NCBI GenBank assembly: GCA_963815115.1
Contig: CAWFFN010000009.1
Coordinates: 736,001 to 800,000 of the forward strand
DNA from: an uncultured delta proteobacterium
GTDB lineage: Bacteria > Desulfobacterota > Binatia > DP-6
Direction: 5' to 3'
Length of the DNA stretch: 64,000 nt
Of the stretch, positions 38,362 to 48,672 are shown in pieces. A program made the translations under genes and the position numbers. The first letter of the stretch is position 1; the number at the start of each line of letters is the position of its first letter. The notes under the pieces were generated by a model that made no database searches, was not told where the DNA came from, and was given only the letters and a program-made list of their open reading frames with translations.

Positions 38362-39966
38362 CTATCCGACACGCTCGGCGATGTAGCCGACGACCTGATC
38401 GGCCGCGACCCGCACCTGGGCGCCCGTGTCGCGGTCGCGCACCGTGACGGTCTGATCGGTCACGCTCTGCCCGTCGACCGTGATGCAGAACGGCGTGCCG
38501 GCCTCGTCCATGCGGGCATAGCGCTTCCCGATGCTCTGCTTGGCGTCGTACTGGCACGAGCCCACGCGGCGGCGCAGCTCCTGGTAGATGCGCTCCGCGA
38601 TCTCGGGCATGCCCTCCTTGTTCACCAGCGGGAACACGCCGGCCTTGATCGGCGCGAGATGGGGATGAAAGCGCATCAGCTCCGGGGAGGGCCGGCTCTC
38701 GTCCACCGTATAGGCCTCGCACAGGACGGCGAGCACGCCGCGCGTCAGCCCCGCGGCCGGCTCTATGACGTGCGGCAGGTAGCGCTCGTTGCGCTCGGCG
38801 TCGAAGTACTCGAGCTTCACGCCGCTCACCCGCTGGTGCTGGCGGAGGTCGAAGTCGCTGCGGTAGGCGATGCCTTCGAGCTCCGTGAAGCCCTTCTCGC
38901 CCGAGAACGGGAAGGCATACTCGACGTCGCAGCAGCCGCCCGAATCCTTGGCGTAGTGCGCGAGCTCGTCCTCGGTGTGATCGCGCAGACGGAGGTTCTT
39001 GCCGGCGAGCCCGAGGCCGCACCACCAGTCGAAGCGCGTCTGCCGCCAGTAGCGGTACCACGTGTCCGCCTCGCTGGGGTGCACGAAGAACTCCAGCTCC
39101 ATCTGCTCGAACTCACGCGAGCGGAAGATGTAGTTGCGCGGCGTGACCTCGTTCCGGAAGCTGCGGCCGACCTGACAGATGCCGAACGGCACCTTCACGC
39201 GCGTCGAGTCGATCACGTTCTTGAAGTTGTAGAACATCCCCTGCGCCGTCTCGGGCCGGAGATAGGCCTTCGACTCCTCGTCGCGCACGGCGCCGACGAA
39301 GGTCTCGAACATGAGGTTGAACTGCCGCGGCTCGGTGAGGTCGCCGCCGCAATTCGGGCAGGGAAGGCGAACGTCGGTGATCGGCTGGCCCGAGCTCGAC
39401 AGGATGGTGAGCAGCATCGGCACGTCGTGCTCGTCCTCGGCCAGAGCGGCCAGCTGTCCCGGATCGCGCACGATCGCCAGTCCCGGCGCAAGCTTCTTGC
39501 CCTTCGTCTCCGCCCAGCGCTTCAGCTCCGTCCGGCGCGGGATGTACGTGCCGGCGACCGCGCCGGGCTCGCACGCCGCCAGCACCGCCGCCACCCATTC
39601 GCTCTCGGCGAGCAGCTCCGCCACGTGGTCGGCGCGGAACAGCCGCTTGCAGTGGCGGCAGGTCTGCATCGGATCGGCGAAGCCGGCCAGGTGGCCGCTG
39701 GCCTCCCAGACGCGCGGATGGCTGATGATCGAGCAGTCGAGGCCGACGATCTCCACCGGCCGGCCGTCGGGCCCGGCGGGTGGATGGTGGACCATGCCAT
39801 CCCACCAGACGTCGCGCAGGTTGTTCTTGAGCTCCACCCCGAGCGGACCGTAGTCCCAGAAGCCGTTGATGCCGCCGTAGATCTCGGAGGACTGGAAGAT
39901 GAAGCCGCGCCGCTTGCACAGCGACACCAGGCGTTCCATGAGCGCGGAGCCGGTCGGGGTGGCCAT
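38362..39966 (-). CDS. glyQS: Glycine--tRNA ligase (alpha2 type)
   Basis: SLCKRRGF, YGPLG, LRPETAQG, FRNE.TPR..IFR.REFEQME and SIGKRYARMDE.GTP. Confidence 0.96.
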   Translation of the reverse strand: MATPTGSALMERLVSLCKRRGFIFQSSEIYGGINGFWDYGPLGVELKNNLRDVWWDGMVHHPPAGPDGRPVEIVGLDCSIISHPRVWEASGHLAGFADPMQTCRHCKRLFRADHVAELLAESEWVAAVLAACEPGAVAGTYIPRRTELKRWAETKGKKLAPGLAIVRDPGQLAALAEDEHDVPMLLTILSSSGQPITDVRLPCPNCGGDLTEPRQFNLMFETFVGAVRDEESKAYLRPETAQGMFYNFKNVIDSTRVKVPFGICQVGRSFRNEVTPRNYIFRSREFEQMELEFFVHPSEADTWYRYWRQTRFDWWCGLGLAGKNLRLRDHTEDELAHYAKDSGGCCDVEYAFPFSGEKGFTELEGIAYRSDFDLRQHQRVSGVKLEYFDAERNERYLPHVIEPAAGLTRGVLAVLCEAYTVDESRPSPELMRFHPHLAPIKAGVFPLVNKEGMPEIAERIYQELRRRVGSCQYDAKQSIGKRYARMDEAGTPFCITVDGQSVTDQTVTVRDRDTGAQVRVAADQVVGYIAERVG

Positions 39967-40010
39967 TCGCTCTCTTCTCCCCGATGCGGCCGGGGCGACG
40001 CAACCGGCGG

Positions 40011-41054
40011 TCACTCGAAGAGCGCGGCGACCTTGTCGACGAGCGGGTCGAGCGGCAGCCCGAAGGAGAGTGTCACGACGTTCCCCTGGAAGCGCTGGCG
40101 CGCCTCGAACTCGTGAAAGTACTTCACGGCCACCCCGAGCTTCGGCACGCCGATCTGCGCTCCGGCGGCGTGGACGACGTCCTCGACGTTCCCAAGCCGC
40201 TTGGGGACGTCGGACCCGGAGTCGAAGCCTATCTGCCACTGGTCGTAGCCCAGCACCGCCGTCTCGAGGTACTCGCCGAACCAGATCTTGCTGATCGCCC
40301 AGTTGAGATTGAGACGGGGGCCGGGGCGCAGATCCTGACCCTGTATGGAGGAGTTGATCTCCCAGCTCTGCACCAGGATGAAGGACAGCGTCTTCGCCTC
40401 GTCGGCGTGGACGGCGGTGCCGATCTGAAACTGGTTCGTCCAGAAGCCGAGTCCGACGTTGTCCGGGGCGTTCACCTCGAAGCGTCCCGTGGGTGCGTAG
40501 AACCCCCAGCTGGCCTCCAGGTCGGCATGCGGGATGCCCCACTGGAGCCAGATGGGCTGCACGTAGAGATCGCCCAGGCCCCAGGAGCCGCCCGCCGAGA
40601 GGTCGCGGCCGCGGCCGTTCTCGACGTCCCCGATCGCCGCGTTGAGGCTCGGGTTGCCGAACGACGGCGCGATGAAGGCGCCGTAGTGAGCGCCGAGGAT
40701 CGTCCAGTCCGGCGACCAGAGGATCATCGGGGACAGCGAGTAGACGTTCACTGATACGTCGATCGGGATCTGCCGTCGCGGCAGGATGATCGTGTTGACC
40801 GGGTCGCCGTTTCGGTTGCGGAACCGGCCATCGACGTAGAAGTAGCTGTACTGGGCGAAGTACAGCCCGGGTACCGGAGGCAGGAAGAAGTCGCGGGCGT
40901 TCGCGAAGCCGCCGGCGTAGTGTCCGACGACCGCCGACGCGGGGCGTGGCAGGGCGAGCAGCGAGAGCGCGAGCGCGATGCCCGCCGCGTGCGATCCCCA
41001 CACGTCCCGCGCTCGCACACGGCGTCTGCTACAAAAAAACGTCCGTGCTCTCAA
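40011..41054 (-). CDS. Outer-membrane beta-barrel 'transporter' (phenol MetA/SphA-like)
   Basis: Signal peptide; PPVPG.YF..Y, G.GD....P..L.W and APTGRF.......GLG; true start probably near 41002. Confidence 0.8.
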   Translation of the reverse strand: MRARTFFCSRRRVRARDVWGSHAAGIALALSLLALPRPASAVVGHYAGGFANARDFFLPPVPGLYFAQYSYFYVDGRFRNRNGDPVNTIILPRRQIPIDVSVNVYSLSPMILWSPDWTILGAHYGAFIAPSFGNPSLNAAIGDVENGRGRDLSAGGSWGLGDLYVQPIWLQWGIPHADLEASWGFYAPTGRFEVNAPDNVGLGFWTNQFQIGTAVHADEAKTLSFILVQSWEINSSIQGQDLRPGPRLNLNWAISKIWFGEYLETAVLGYDQWQIGFDSGSDVPKRLGNVEDVVHAAGAQIGVPKLGVAVKYFHEFEARQRFQGNVVTLSFGLPLDPLVDKVAALFE

Positions 41055-41113
41055 GCGGGGGAATTCGGTTTCACCCGACAGGTGCCCCAGCCACTTGACG
41101 CTCCGGAACGGGG

Positions 41114-42301
41114 ATGCCTAAGCCGTCACGGAGTGCTCGATCCGTGAAGAAACGTTCGAAAGCCGAAGGCGCTCCCGACCGGCAGCGAGACGGACGAGAG
41201 CCGGCCGTGGCACGCGAGCGGACGTCGAGCAGAGCGCTGTTGCTCGGCGTCGCTGCCGTGACGGTCGCCGGCCTGATGGCGACGGTCGCATTCCGGGTGT
41301 TTCACGACCGCGCGGGGTCCGTCGCCGCAGCCGGACCGACGCCGGCCGGCATGCGCTGGATTCCCGGCGGCGAGTTCACGATGGGAACGGACGACACGCG
41401 CAGCATGCCGAACGAGCGGCCGGCGCATCACGTGCGGGTCGCCGGCTTCTGGATCGACGAGCATCCGGTCACCAACGCCGAGTTCCGCCGCTTCGTGGAG
41501 GCGACGGGCTACGTCACGATCGCCGAGCGCAAGCCCGACTGGGAGGAGATCCGCAAGCAGGTGCCGCCGGGTACGCCAAAGCCCGACGACAGCCAGCTCG
41601 TCCCCGGGTCGCTCGTCTTCACGCCGACGTCGCACGCGGTGCCGTTGAACGACCTTTCGCAGTGGTGGACCTGGACTCCAGGCGCCAGCTGGCAGCATCC
41701 CGAGGGTCCGGGCAGCACCATCGTCGGACGCGAGAGCCACCCGGTGGTGCAGGTGGCATGGGACGACGCCGTGGCGTACGCGACCTGGGCGGGCAAGCGG
41801 CTGCCGACGGAAGCGGAGTGGGAGTTCGCGGCTCGCGGAGGCCTCGAGGGCAAGCGCTACCCCTGGGGTGACGAGTTCCGTCCCGGAGGCCGCTACATGG
41901 CCAACACGTTCACCGGCGACTTCCCCTACCATCAGACCAAAGAGGACGGGTTCGAGGGGACGTCGCCGGTCGCGTCATTCCCTCCCAACGGCTACGGCCT
42001 CTACGACATGGCGGGCAACGTCTGGCAGTGGACGGCGGACTGGTATCGCGCCGACGCCTTCACCGAGCGCGCGAGCCACGGCGTGTGCGACAATCCGACG
42101 GGGCCCGCGAATGGCTTCGACCCGACCGATCCCTACGAGCAGCGACGCGTGATCAAGGGCGGCTCCTTCCTCTGCAACGCGTCGTACTGCGAGAGCTACC
42201 GTCCCAGCGCACGTCGCGGGACGCCGCCCGACACCGGCTCGTCCCACGTCGGCTTCCGCCTCGCGCTGACGCCGGATGAGCGACACGCCGCGGCGCGCTG
42301 A
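41114..42301 (+). CDS. Formylglycine-generating enzyme (FGE/SUMF1) family protein
   Basis: GGEF.MG, HPVVQV.W.DA, RLPTEAEWEFAARGG, LYDMAGNVW.W and KGGSFLC...YC..YRPSAR. Confidence 0.93.
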   Translation: MPKPSRSARSVKKRSKAEGAPDRQRDGREPAVARERTSSRALLLGVAAVTVAGLMATVAFRVFHDRAGSVAAAGPTPAGMRWIPGGEFTMGTDDTRSMPNERPAHHVRVAGFWIDEHPVTNAEFRRFVEATGYVTIAERKPDWEEIRKQVPPGTPKPDDSQLVPGSLVFTPTSHAVPLNDLSQWWTWTPGASWQHPEGPGSTIVGRESHPVVQVAWDDAVAYATWAGKRLPTEAEWEFAARGGLEGKRYPWGDEFRPGGRYMANTFTGDFPYHQTKEDGFEGTSPVASFPPNGYGLYDMAGNVWQWTADWYRADAFTERASHGVCDNPTGPANGFDPTDPYEQRRVIKGGSFLCNASYCESYRPSARRGTPPDTGSSHVGFRLALTPDERHAAAR

Positions 42302-42385
42302 GTGGAAGCGCTACTTCTCATCTGCGCGCGGAGCGCGTATGCATCAAGCTTGGGGGATAGGTCACAGCCCCTTCGGAGGTGGCCG

Positions 42386-43960
42386 ATGACACGATCGATC
42401 ACGACCGCCGTACTCCTGGCCGGATTGCTGCTGGCCGGAAGCCGGGACGCCGCCGCAGCGACTTCGTCCGGAGGCAAAGCCAACTTCACGAACGAGCAGC
42501 TCGAGCAGATCGTGGCTCCGGTCGCGCTCTACCCGGACGACGTCCTGTCGCAGGTGTTCATGGCTTCGACGTACCCGCTGGAGGTGGTCGAGGCGGATCG
42601 CTGGCTGAAGGCCCATCCCGATCTCAAGGGCGACGAGCTCGACAAGGCGGTCGCCAGCCAGGACTGGGACGACAGCGTCAAGGGACTGACGCACTTCCCC
42701 GAAGTCCTCTCACGCATGTCCCAGAACCTCGATTGGACGAAGGACATGGGCGACGCCTTCCTGGATCAGCAGGCAGCGACCATGAAGGCCGTGCAGACCA
42801 TGCGTGCGAAGGCCGCGGGCGCGGGGAACCTCAAGTCGAACGCGCAGCAGACAGTGGTTACCCAGCCCGCGCCGCCAGGGTATGTGCCCGAGGGGGGACC
42901 GCCTCCCGCTGGCGCGCCCCCGCCGCAGATCATCACCATCCAGCCGACGAATCCGGAGACCGTCTACGTGCCGAGCTATCCGCCCAGCGCGGTCTACGGG
43001 CCGACGTGGGCGCCGCCGGCGTACGCCTATCCGGCGGTGTATCCGCCGGTCTCGACCGGCGCATTGGTGGCGGGCGGCCTGCTCACGTTCGGCGCCGGCG
43101 TCGCGACCGGGGCGCTCATCGGCGGCGGCTTCGGCTGGGGTCACAACGACGTCTACGTGAACAACAATTACCACGGCAATGGAGGCGGCGGGAATTATCA
43201 CGGCAATGCGAACGTCAACGTCAACAAGAACGTGAACCGTGACGTGAACCGCACGAACAACCGCACCTGGCAGCACAACGCAGAACACCGCCGCGGCGTC
43301 GGGTATCGTGACCCGAACGTCGGGCGGAAATACGAGGGACAGAACCGCCAGGCCGCTCGACAGCGCGCGCCGCAGGACGTAGCGCGCGGCTTCGACAAGC
43401 AGGGTGGCAACCGCGGTCGCCCGGGAGGCGCGGGCGGTCCGGGAGGTCCGGGAGGTCCGGGCGGTCCGGGAGGTCGGGGCGGTCCTGGCGGCGGCGGGCT
43501 GGCGCAGGCAGGCGGCCCGGCCAATCGTCCAGGTGCGGGCAACCGTCCCGGGGGCGGCAATGGACCCGGCGCAGGCAATCGCCCCGGCGGCGGCAACCGG
43601 CAGCCCGCGCAGCGGCCCGCGGCCGCGCATCAGAACGCCGCCGCGGCGCAACGCCAGCGGCAACAACAGGGCGCGCGCCAGGGAGCCTTCGCCGGTCAGC
43701 AGCACAATCCGGGCGCCACACGGCAGGCGAGCCAGCGTGGCGCGGCGAGCCGTGGAGGCCAGTCGTTCGCGGGGCAGGGCCAGCATGCCGGGTTCGGCGG
43801 AGGCGGCGGCCGCGGCCATGGCGGTGGTGGGTACGGGGGAGGCGGCGGTCGTGCCTACGGCGGCGGGGGTGGTGGCGGCCATGGGTTCGGTGGCGGCGGG
43901 CGTGGCGGTGGCGGCGGGCGTGGCGGCGGCGGACGTGGCGGCGGCGGACGCCGGCGCTAG
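42386..43960 (+). CDS. DUF3300 family exported protein with Gly/Arg-rich tail
   Basis: SD GGAGG; LEQ.VAP.ALYPD...SQV.MASTYP.EVV, WD.SVK.L..FP.VL, VYVP.Y.P..VYG and W.H...HR.GV.Y. Confidence 0.9.
   Translation: MTRSITTAVLLAGLLLAGSRDAAAATSSGGKANFTNEQLEQIVAPVALYPDDVLSQVFMASTYPLEVVEADRWLKAHPDLKGDELDKAVASQDWDDSVKGLTHFPEVLSRMSQNLDWTKDMGDAFLDQQAATMKAVQTMRAKAAGAGNLKSNAQQTVVTQPAPPGYVPEGGPPPAGAPPPQIITIQPTNPETVYVPSYPPSAVYGPTWAPPAYAYPAVYPPVSTGALVAGGLLTFGAGVATGALIGGGFGWGHNDVYVNNNYHGNGGGGNYHGNANVNVNKNVNRDVNRTNNRTWQHNAEHRRGVGYRDPNVGRKYEGQNRQAARQRAPQDVARGFDKQGGNRGRPGGAGGPGGPGGPGGPGGRGGPGGGGLAQAGGPANRPGAGNRPGGGNGPGAGNRPGGGNRQPAQRPAAAHQNAAAAQRQRQQQGARQGAFAGQQHNPGATRQASQRGAASRGGQSFAGQGQHAGFGGGGGRGHGGGGYGGGGGRAYGGGGGGGHGFGGGGRGGGGGRGGGGRGGGGRRR
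43432..43595 (+). repeat. Coding tandem repeats (GGP and NRPG.G units) within the DUF3300 gene
   Basis: About 5 copies of a 9-nt GG(A/C)GGTCCG unit, then degenerate 18-nt units encoding NRPGAG/NRPGGG. Confidence 0.75.
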
Positions 43961-43977
43961 TGGCGAGGAGGACGATC

Positions 43978-44970
43978 ATGATGCGTACACACGAATCGTC
44001 GATCGGTCGTTGCTGTCGGCTCGTGCTGTCTGTGGGAGTGCTGCTCGTGCTCTCGGCAGGGGCCGCGCGCGCCGAGGAGGCGTCGGGACAGAAGACGTTC
44101 GCCAAGCCCGACGAGGCGGTGCGGGCGCTCGTCGCCGCGGCGAAGAAGGACGACTCCGCCGCGATGTTTGCCATCCTCGGCCCGAATTCGGAGCAGGTGC
44201 TGTCCTCGGGTGATCCCATCGCGGACGCGGCGGATCGGAAATGGTTCGTGAGCGCGGCCAGCAGGCGGACGTCGTTCGAGAAGGTGAACGACAACACGAT
44301 GATCGCCCAGGTCGGCGCCGAGGCGTGGCCGCTGCCGATCCCGCTGGTGAAGAGCGGCGACAAGTGGCGCTTCGACACGGCCGCGGGCGCGGACGAGCTC
44401 CTCAATCGCCGCATCGGACGCAACGAGCTGACGGCCATCTCCGTCGCACACGCGTACGTCGATGCCCAGCGCGAGTACGCCGCCAAGGATCGCACCGGAA
44501 GCGGCACCGGGGTCTACGCGCAGAAGGTCGCGAGCGAGCCCGGCAAGCACGACGGCCTCTACTGGGAGGAGACCAGCCCCGCCGATCGCAGCCCGTTCGG
44601 TCCGCTGGTGGCGGACGCGTCGACGGAGGGCTACTCGCCGAGCCAGGGCGGGGAGGGCCCGCGACCCTACCACGGCTACTTCTACCGCATCCTGACGGCC
44701 CAGGGCGCGGCGGCACCGGGTGGCGCGAAGAGCTACACCAAGGACGGGGAGATGACCGGCGGCTTCGCGCTGGTCGCGTATCCCGCGGAGTACCACTCGA
44801 GCGGCATCATGACGTTCATCGTCGGACCGCAGGGCATCGTCTTCCAGAAGGACCTCGGCGAGAAGACCGCCGAGCTCGGGAAGGCGATGACGGAGTACAA
44901 CCCCGACGACACGTGGATGCCGGCACGGGACACTCCGCCCGCGCCGACTCCGCGCGCCGGCCCGAGCTAG
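43978..44970 (+). CDS. DUF2950 family exported protein
   Basis: WPLPIPLVK, RRIGRNEL, YVDAQREY, DGLYW, PYHGY..RIL..QG and QKDLG. Confidence 0.92.
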   Translation: MMRTHESSIGRCCRLVLSVGVLLVLSAGAARAEEASGQKTFAKPDEAVRALVAAAKKDDSAAMFAILGPNSEQVLSSGDPIADAADRKWFVSAASRRTSFEKVNDNTMIAQVGAEAWPLPIPLVKSGDKWRFDTAAGADELLNRRIGRNELTAISVAHAYVDAQREYAAKDRTGSGTGVYAQKVASEPGKHDGLYWEETSPADRSPFGPLVADASTEGYSPSQGGEGPRPYHGYFYRILTAQGAAAPGGAKSYTKDGEMTGGFALVAYPAEYHSSGIMTFIVGPQGIVFQKDLGEKTAELGKAMTEYNPDDTWMPARDTPPAPTPRAGPS

Positions 44971-44976
44971 CGGGGC

Positions 44977-46134
44977 TCAACCGGGATTCAGCGCGGGAAG
45001 GGCGGCGGCGAGCGGCTCGTCGGCTCGGCGCGACCGCGTGCGGCGCAGCGCAGCGGCGAGGGCCGCGCCGTCCCAGCGCTGCTGGCCGGCGACGACGGCC
45101 GCTTCCAGTTCCTCGACGCACGCCCGCAGCTCGGCATCGGTCCTTCCAGCGAGTAGGTCCTGCTCGATCGTCGCCGGGCGGTCCCGCGGATGTACGCGCT
45201 CCAGCCAGGCGAAGAGCGCCCTGTAGGCCGCAGGAGCATCGCCATCGAGACAGGCACGCTCGAGGTGCGCGAAGCTTCCGGCTTCGCTGGCCTCGTACTG
45301 CTCGCGCCTCCGCCGTCGCGCGGCGCGCAGCGCGTCCCGCCACCACCAGAGGGCGAGCGCGGCGAGCAGCACGACCGCACCGACCGCCGCGCCCAGCCGG
45401 TTACGCGTGCTCTGCGACAGCGGTGCGTGACCGACGTCCAGGGTCACTGCCGGCAGCGTGAGCGTCTGCAGGGTCTGCGTGCGCACGTTCCACCACGGGA
45501 ACTCGAGCGCCGGTACCGTCACGGTTCCCGGCCGCTCGCAGACGTAGGTTACCGAGTCGATGCGCGTCCCGGTGAACGTGCCGCGCCCGCTGTGGTCCTG
45601 CACGACCGGCGGCCTCGGATAGGCCGCCAGGCCGTCGAGGTCCGTCACCGGCAACGGGGGAAACGCCATCGCAGGCACGTCCGGCGCGCTGCGCGTGACG
45701 GTGCGCGTGAAGGCGTCGCCCACTCGCGCCTCCTTCGGCTCCGGCTTCCACTGCTCCGAGACCGTCAGCGTGGACGTGCTGATCAGGCTGGGTACGTGTG
45801 CCGCGCCCGGCGGCAGGCGAGCCTCGATCCGGAGCGGCGGAGTGGTGAGGCGATGCTCGACGGGCGGCTCGCCCGGCGCGTCGGCCGAGGCGAATCGGAC
45901 GGTGAACGGCGGGACGTCGTACGTGCCCGGACGCATGGCGAAGAGCGCGAGGTCGTGCTGCGCGATGACGTACGTCGCGCCGTCGATCAGCTCCGTGCCG
46001 AACGTCGGGTGCTCCTCCATACGCACGATCAGCGCGCCGGGAATCTCGGGCAGCTCGAAGACCGGCGCGCTGGCGAACGTCGTCGGCGTCAGCAGGTCGA
46101 TTTCGATCCGGGCGCGTTGGCCGACCCAGACATC
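44977..46134 (-). pseudogene. BatD family protein lacking its N-terminus and signal peptide
   Basis: VWVGQ, VGDA.TR, YP..P.V.D...RG...G.R and WWN motifs; joined directly to a batA fragment. Confidence 0.7.
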
Positions 46135-46244
46135 GATCCGGAGAGATCGACGGCGAGCAGGAGGTCGCGCGTCGGTACCGTCTTCGTGACCGGCTGCTCG
46201 AGCCACTGCGGGCGCGCCAGCGCGACCACCACGCACAGCCAGAC
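46131..46244 (-). pseudogene. 38-codon remnant of a BatA-type VWA protein
   Basis: Manual translation VWLCVVVALARPQWLEQPVTKTVPTRDLLLAVDLSGSM (ALARPQW plus MIDAS DxSxS); no start codon; frame not in the ORF track. Confidence 0.8.
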
Positions 46245-46315
46245 CGTGGGTCAACGTCGGGGTGCGCCGCGTACGAGGCTTGACGAACGGCCGCGGGTTG
46301 GCAGAGGCTGCAGCC

Positions 46316-46603
46316 ATGATCCCGTGGAGGAGTCGGGGTCCTCTCCCCGCCGTCGTGGCGCTGGTGGCCACGGTGACCGCTGCCGCCGCGCAGCAGCCCG
46401 TACAGCCCCAGAATGGCGGGCCGCCGGTGCTGGGACGGCCGCGGCCCTCGATGGGCCCGCCACAGCAGCGGCCGCCGGAGCCCCGAGCCACCGTATCGGT
46501 CGTGTCGCCCACGCAGTCCAACGTCTTCGGGCGCAAGACGAAGGTCGGCGGCGAGCAGCGCGGCATGACGACCGGGCAGCGCGCGAGCGGCATGGGTCAG
46601 TGA
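46316..46603 (+). CDS. Small secreted Pro/Gln-rich protein inserted in opposite orientation within the bat operon
   Basis: Signal-peptide-like N-terminus (AVVALVATVTAAAA-Q); 95 aa. Confidence 0.45.
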   Translation: MIPWRSRGPLPAVVALVATVTAAAAQQPVQPQNGGPPVLGRPRPSMGPPQQRPPEPRATVSVVSPTQSNVFGRKTKVGGEQRGMTTGQRASGMGQ

Positions 46604-47540
46604 GGTGAGGATCCGCGGCGCCTGCCGAGCAGCTCGCGGAGCTGCGCGCTGACCTCCGTCGCAGTGTCGAGCGGCAGCACGGGAATCTGGCGCTGCCGTG
46701 CCAGGTCCCGCGCCGCCGCACGGCGCTGTGCGAAGTCGGACTGATAGCGCTCGCGGAGGCCACGCGGCGACGTGTCGACGTCGAGCTGGCGATCGCCCTC
46801 GCACATCACCAGCCGCCCGGCATCGGGCAGCGCCGCCTCCAGCGGATCGAAGACGAAGACCACGAGCACGTCGTTGTGCGCCGCGAGCCGCGTGACCAGC
46901 CGCTCGGTCTCCTGGTCCGTGCCGGCGGCGTCGGTGATCACGCACACGAGGTGGTCGTGGGTTGCGACGCGGGCCCCGTGCTCCAGGGCGCGGTTAAGCA
47001 TCTGCGGATTGGAACGGCAGCCGGTGTCGGTGCGGAGCGCATGGTTCTTCTCGACGACGACGTCCAGGATCCGCATCACCTGCTGCTCGCTGCGGTGCGG
47101 TTTGATCTCGACCACCTCCCGGTCGTCGAAGACGAGCGCCCCGACGCGATCGCCGATCGCGAGCACCCGCCACGCCGAGAGCGCCGCGGCCTTGGCCGCA
47201 ACCACCGACTTCGTCGCGCGCCTGCTGCCGAAGAACATGCTCTGGCGCTGGTCGACGACCAGGAGCACGGGCCGGTCGCGCTCCTCGGTGTAGACGCGGA
47301 CGTAGGGCTCGCGCGTGCGTGCGGTGACGCGCCAGTCCATGGTGCGGATGTCGTCACCCGGCAGGTAGTGGCGGATCTCCTCGAAGTTGAGTCCGCGGCC
47401 GCGCAGCCGCGAGGCGTGGCGGCCGGCGAGCACGGAGTGCACGGGCTGGCGCGGCAGGAACGTGTAGCCCCGGGCACGGAGCCTGAGCCGGACGAGATCG
47501 TCCAGCTCGGCGTAGACGCCGGCGCCGCCGGCGCGCTCAC
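46597..47540 (-). CDS. DUF58 (MoxR-associated) protein; apparent 1-nt deletion near 47522 puts the GTG start out of frame
   Basis: GRGL.FEE.R.Y.PGDDIR..DW.VTAR and EERDR.V...VDQ..SMFFGS; the homologous GVYAELDDL segment is out of frame with the GTGA-coupled start. Confidence 0.85.
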
Positions 47541-47870
47541 GCGACGGCGACCTTGTCGACGACCTTCTTCACGACGTCGTCGGCGCTGAGGCCGTCCGCG
47601 TTGGCTTCGTAGCTCAGGATGAGGCGGTGCCGCAGGCAGTCGGCGACGATCGCCCGCACGTCGTCGGGCGTCACGTGGTCGCGGCCGGCGAGCCAGGCAT
47701 GGGCGCGCGCACATCGGTCGAGCGCGAGCGATCCGCGCGGGCTGGCACCCACCTGGATCAGGCGCTTCAGGTCGTCGCCGTAGCGCTCGGCGTAGCGGGT
47801 CGCGAAGACGAGATCGGCGATGTAGGTCTCGACCGCGTCCGCGACCGTGATGGCGTGGACCTCGCTCACG
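47537..47870 (-). pseudogene. MoxR AAA+ ATPase, C-terminal lid domain only
   Basis: GASPRG.LAL...ARA.A.L.GRD.V.PDDV......LRHRL.LSYEA; no Walker A/B upstream. Confidence 0.85.
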
Positions 47871-47970
47871 AAATCCGTCGCGCCCGTCCATAGGCGCGGT
47901 CGTGCCGACGTGTCTAGATGGCCCACTCCGGCACGCCTGCGCGCCTGCTGCTCCCGCTGGCCCGGGTGGG

Positions 47971-48551
47971 TCAACCCTGGGATGCCGACTCGAGCCACCA
48001 GCGTGCAGGGTCGAGCGTGACGGCGTCGAACGGCTCCGCCACGACCGGGTCGGTGCCGCCGTGCGCGCTGGCGACGACCCAGCGGCCATCCTCGAGCCGA
48101 TAGACTTCGAGCGTGCGGTGCAGCGGGTCGACGATCCAGAGGTGGCGCACACCCTCGCGCGCGTAGATCTGCATCTTCCGCCCGCGATCGATCGCGCCGG
48201 TGGCAGGCGATACGACCTCACACACCCAGTCGGGCGCCTGCGTGAACGCGGCGACGTCCGGCAACGCGGGCATGCGATCGCGCCGCCACGCGGCGATGTC
48301 CGGCACCAAGACGTCCCGGCCGAAGTGCAGCTCCGGCTCGAAGAGCAACCACCAGCCGCCGGGTCTCTCCGGACTCCCCGGGGGACCGTCGAAGCCCCGA
48401 AGAGATCGGATCCGAGCGCAGTGGCGCTGCGGGCGTGCGGCGATGCGGGCCGCGGGCTGACGATCAGGTCGCCACCGATCAGCTCGGCGACCTTGGTGTC
48501 CGACACCTGCTCGAGATCCTCGTAGGTCGCGTAGCGCTTCGTCACCGCCAC
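47971..48551 (-). pseudogene. Uma2 (DUF820) family endonuclease with a 1-nt frameshift near 48395
   Basis: ATYEDL....KVAELIGG.L.VSPRP...H in one frame; GGWW.L.EPELH....LVPD.A.WRR.R, PDWVCEV.SP.T and W.VDP in another. Confidence 0.85.
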
Positions 48552-48672
48552 GAACCGCGTCTACCACGCTGGCGCCGGACTCACCACCGTGGGCATGCCT
48601 GCGAGCGGACCATGTGTGGGGCCATCGTTCGACAGCTGCTGCCATCCCGCTGCGTCATGCGTTCGTCGTCCG

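Noticed and set aside
38362-41001. 879-aa GlyRS with a long N-terminal extension
   Set aside because: The extension is an alternate frame of the transporter gene; GlyRS starts at 39966 with its own purine-rich RBS
43432-43480. 9-nt repeats as CRISPR or contingency locus
   Set aside because: In-frame, degenerate at third positions, encode a GGP linker, no spacers
47971-48551. Uma2 gene as a defence system or mobile element
   Set aside because: Stand-alone Uma2 genes are common; no partner genes, terminal repeats or target duplication seen
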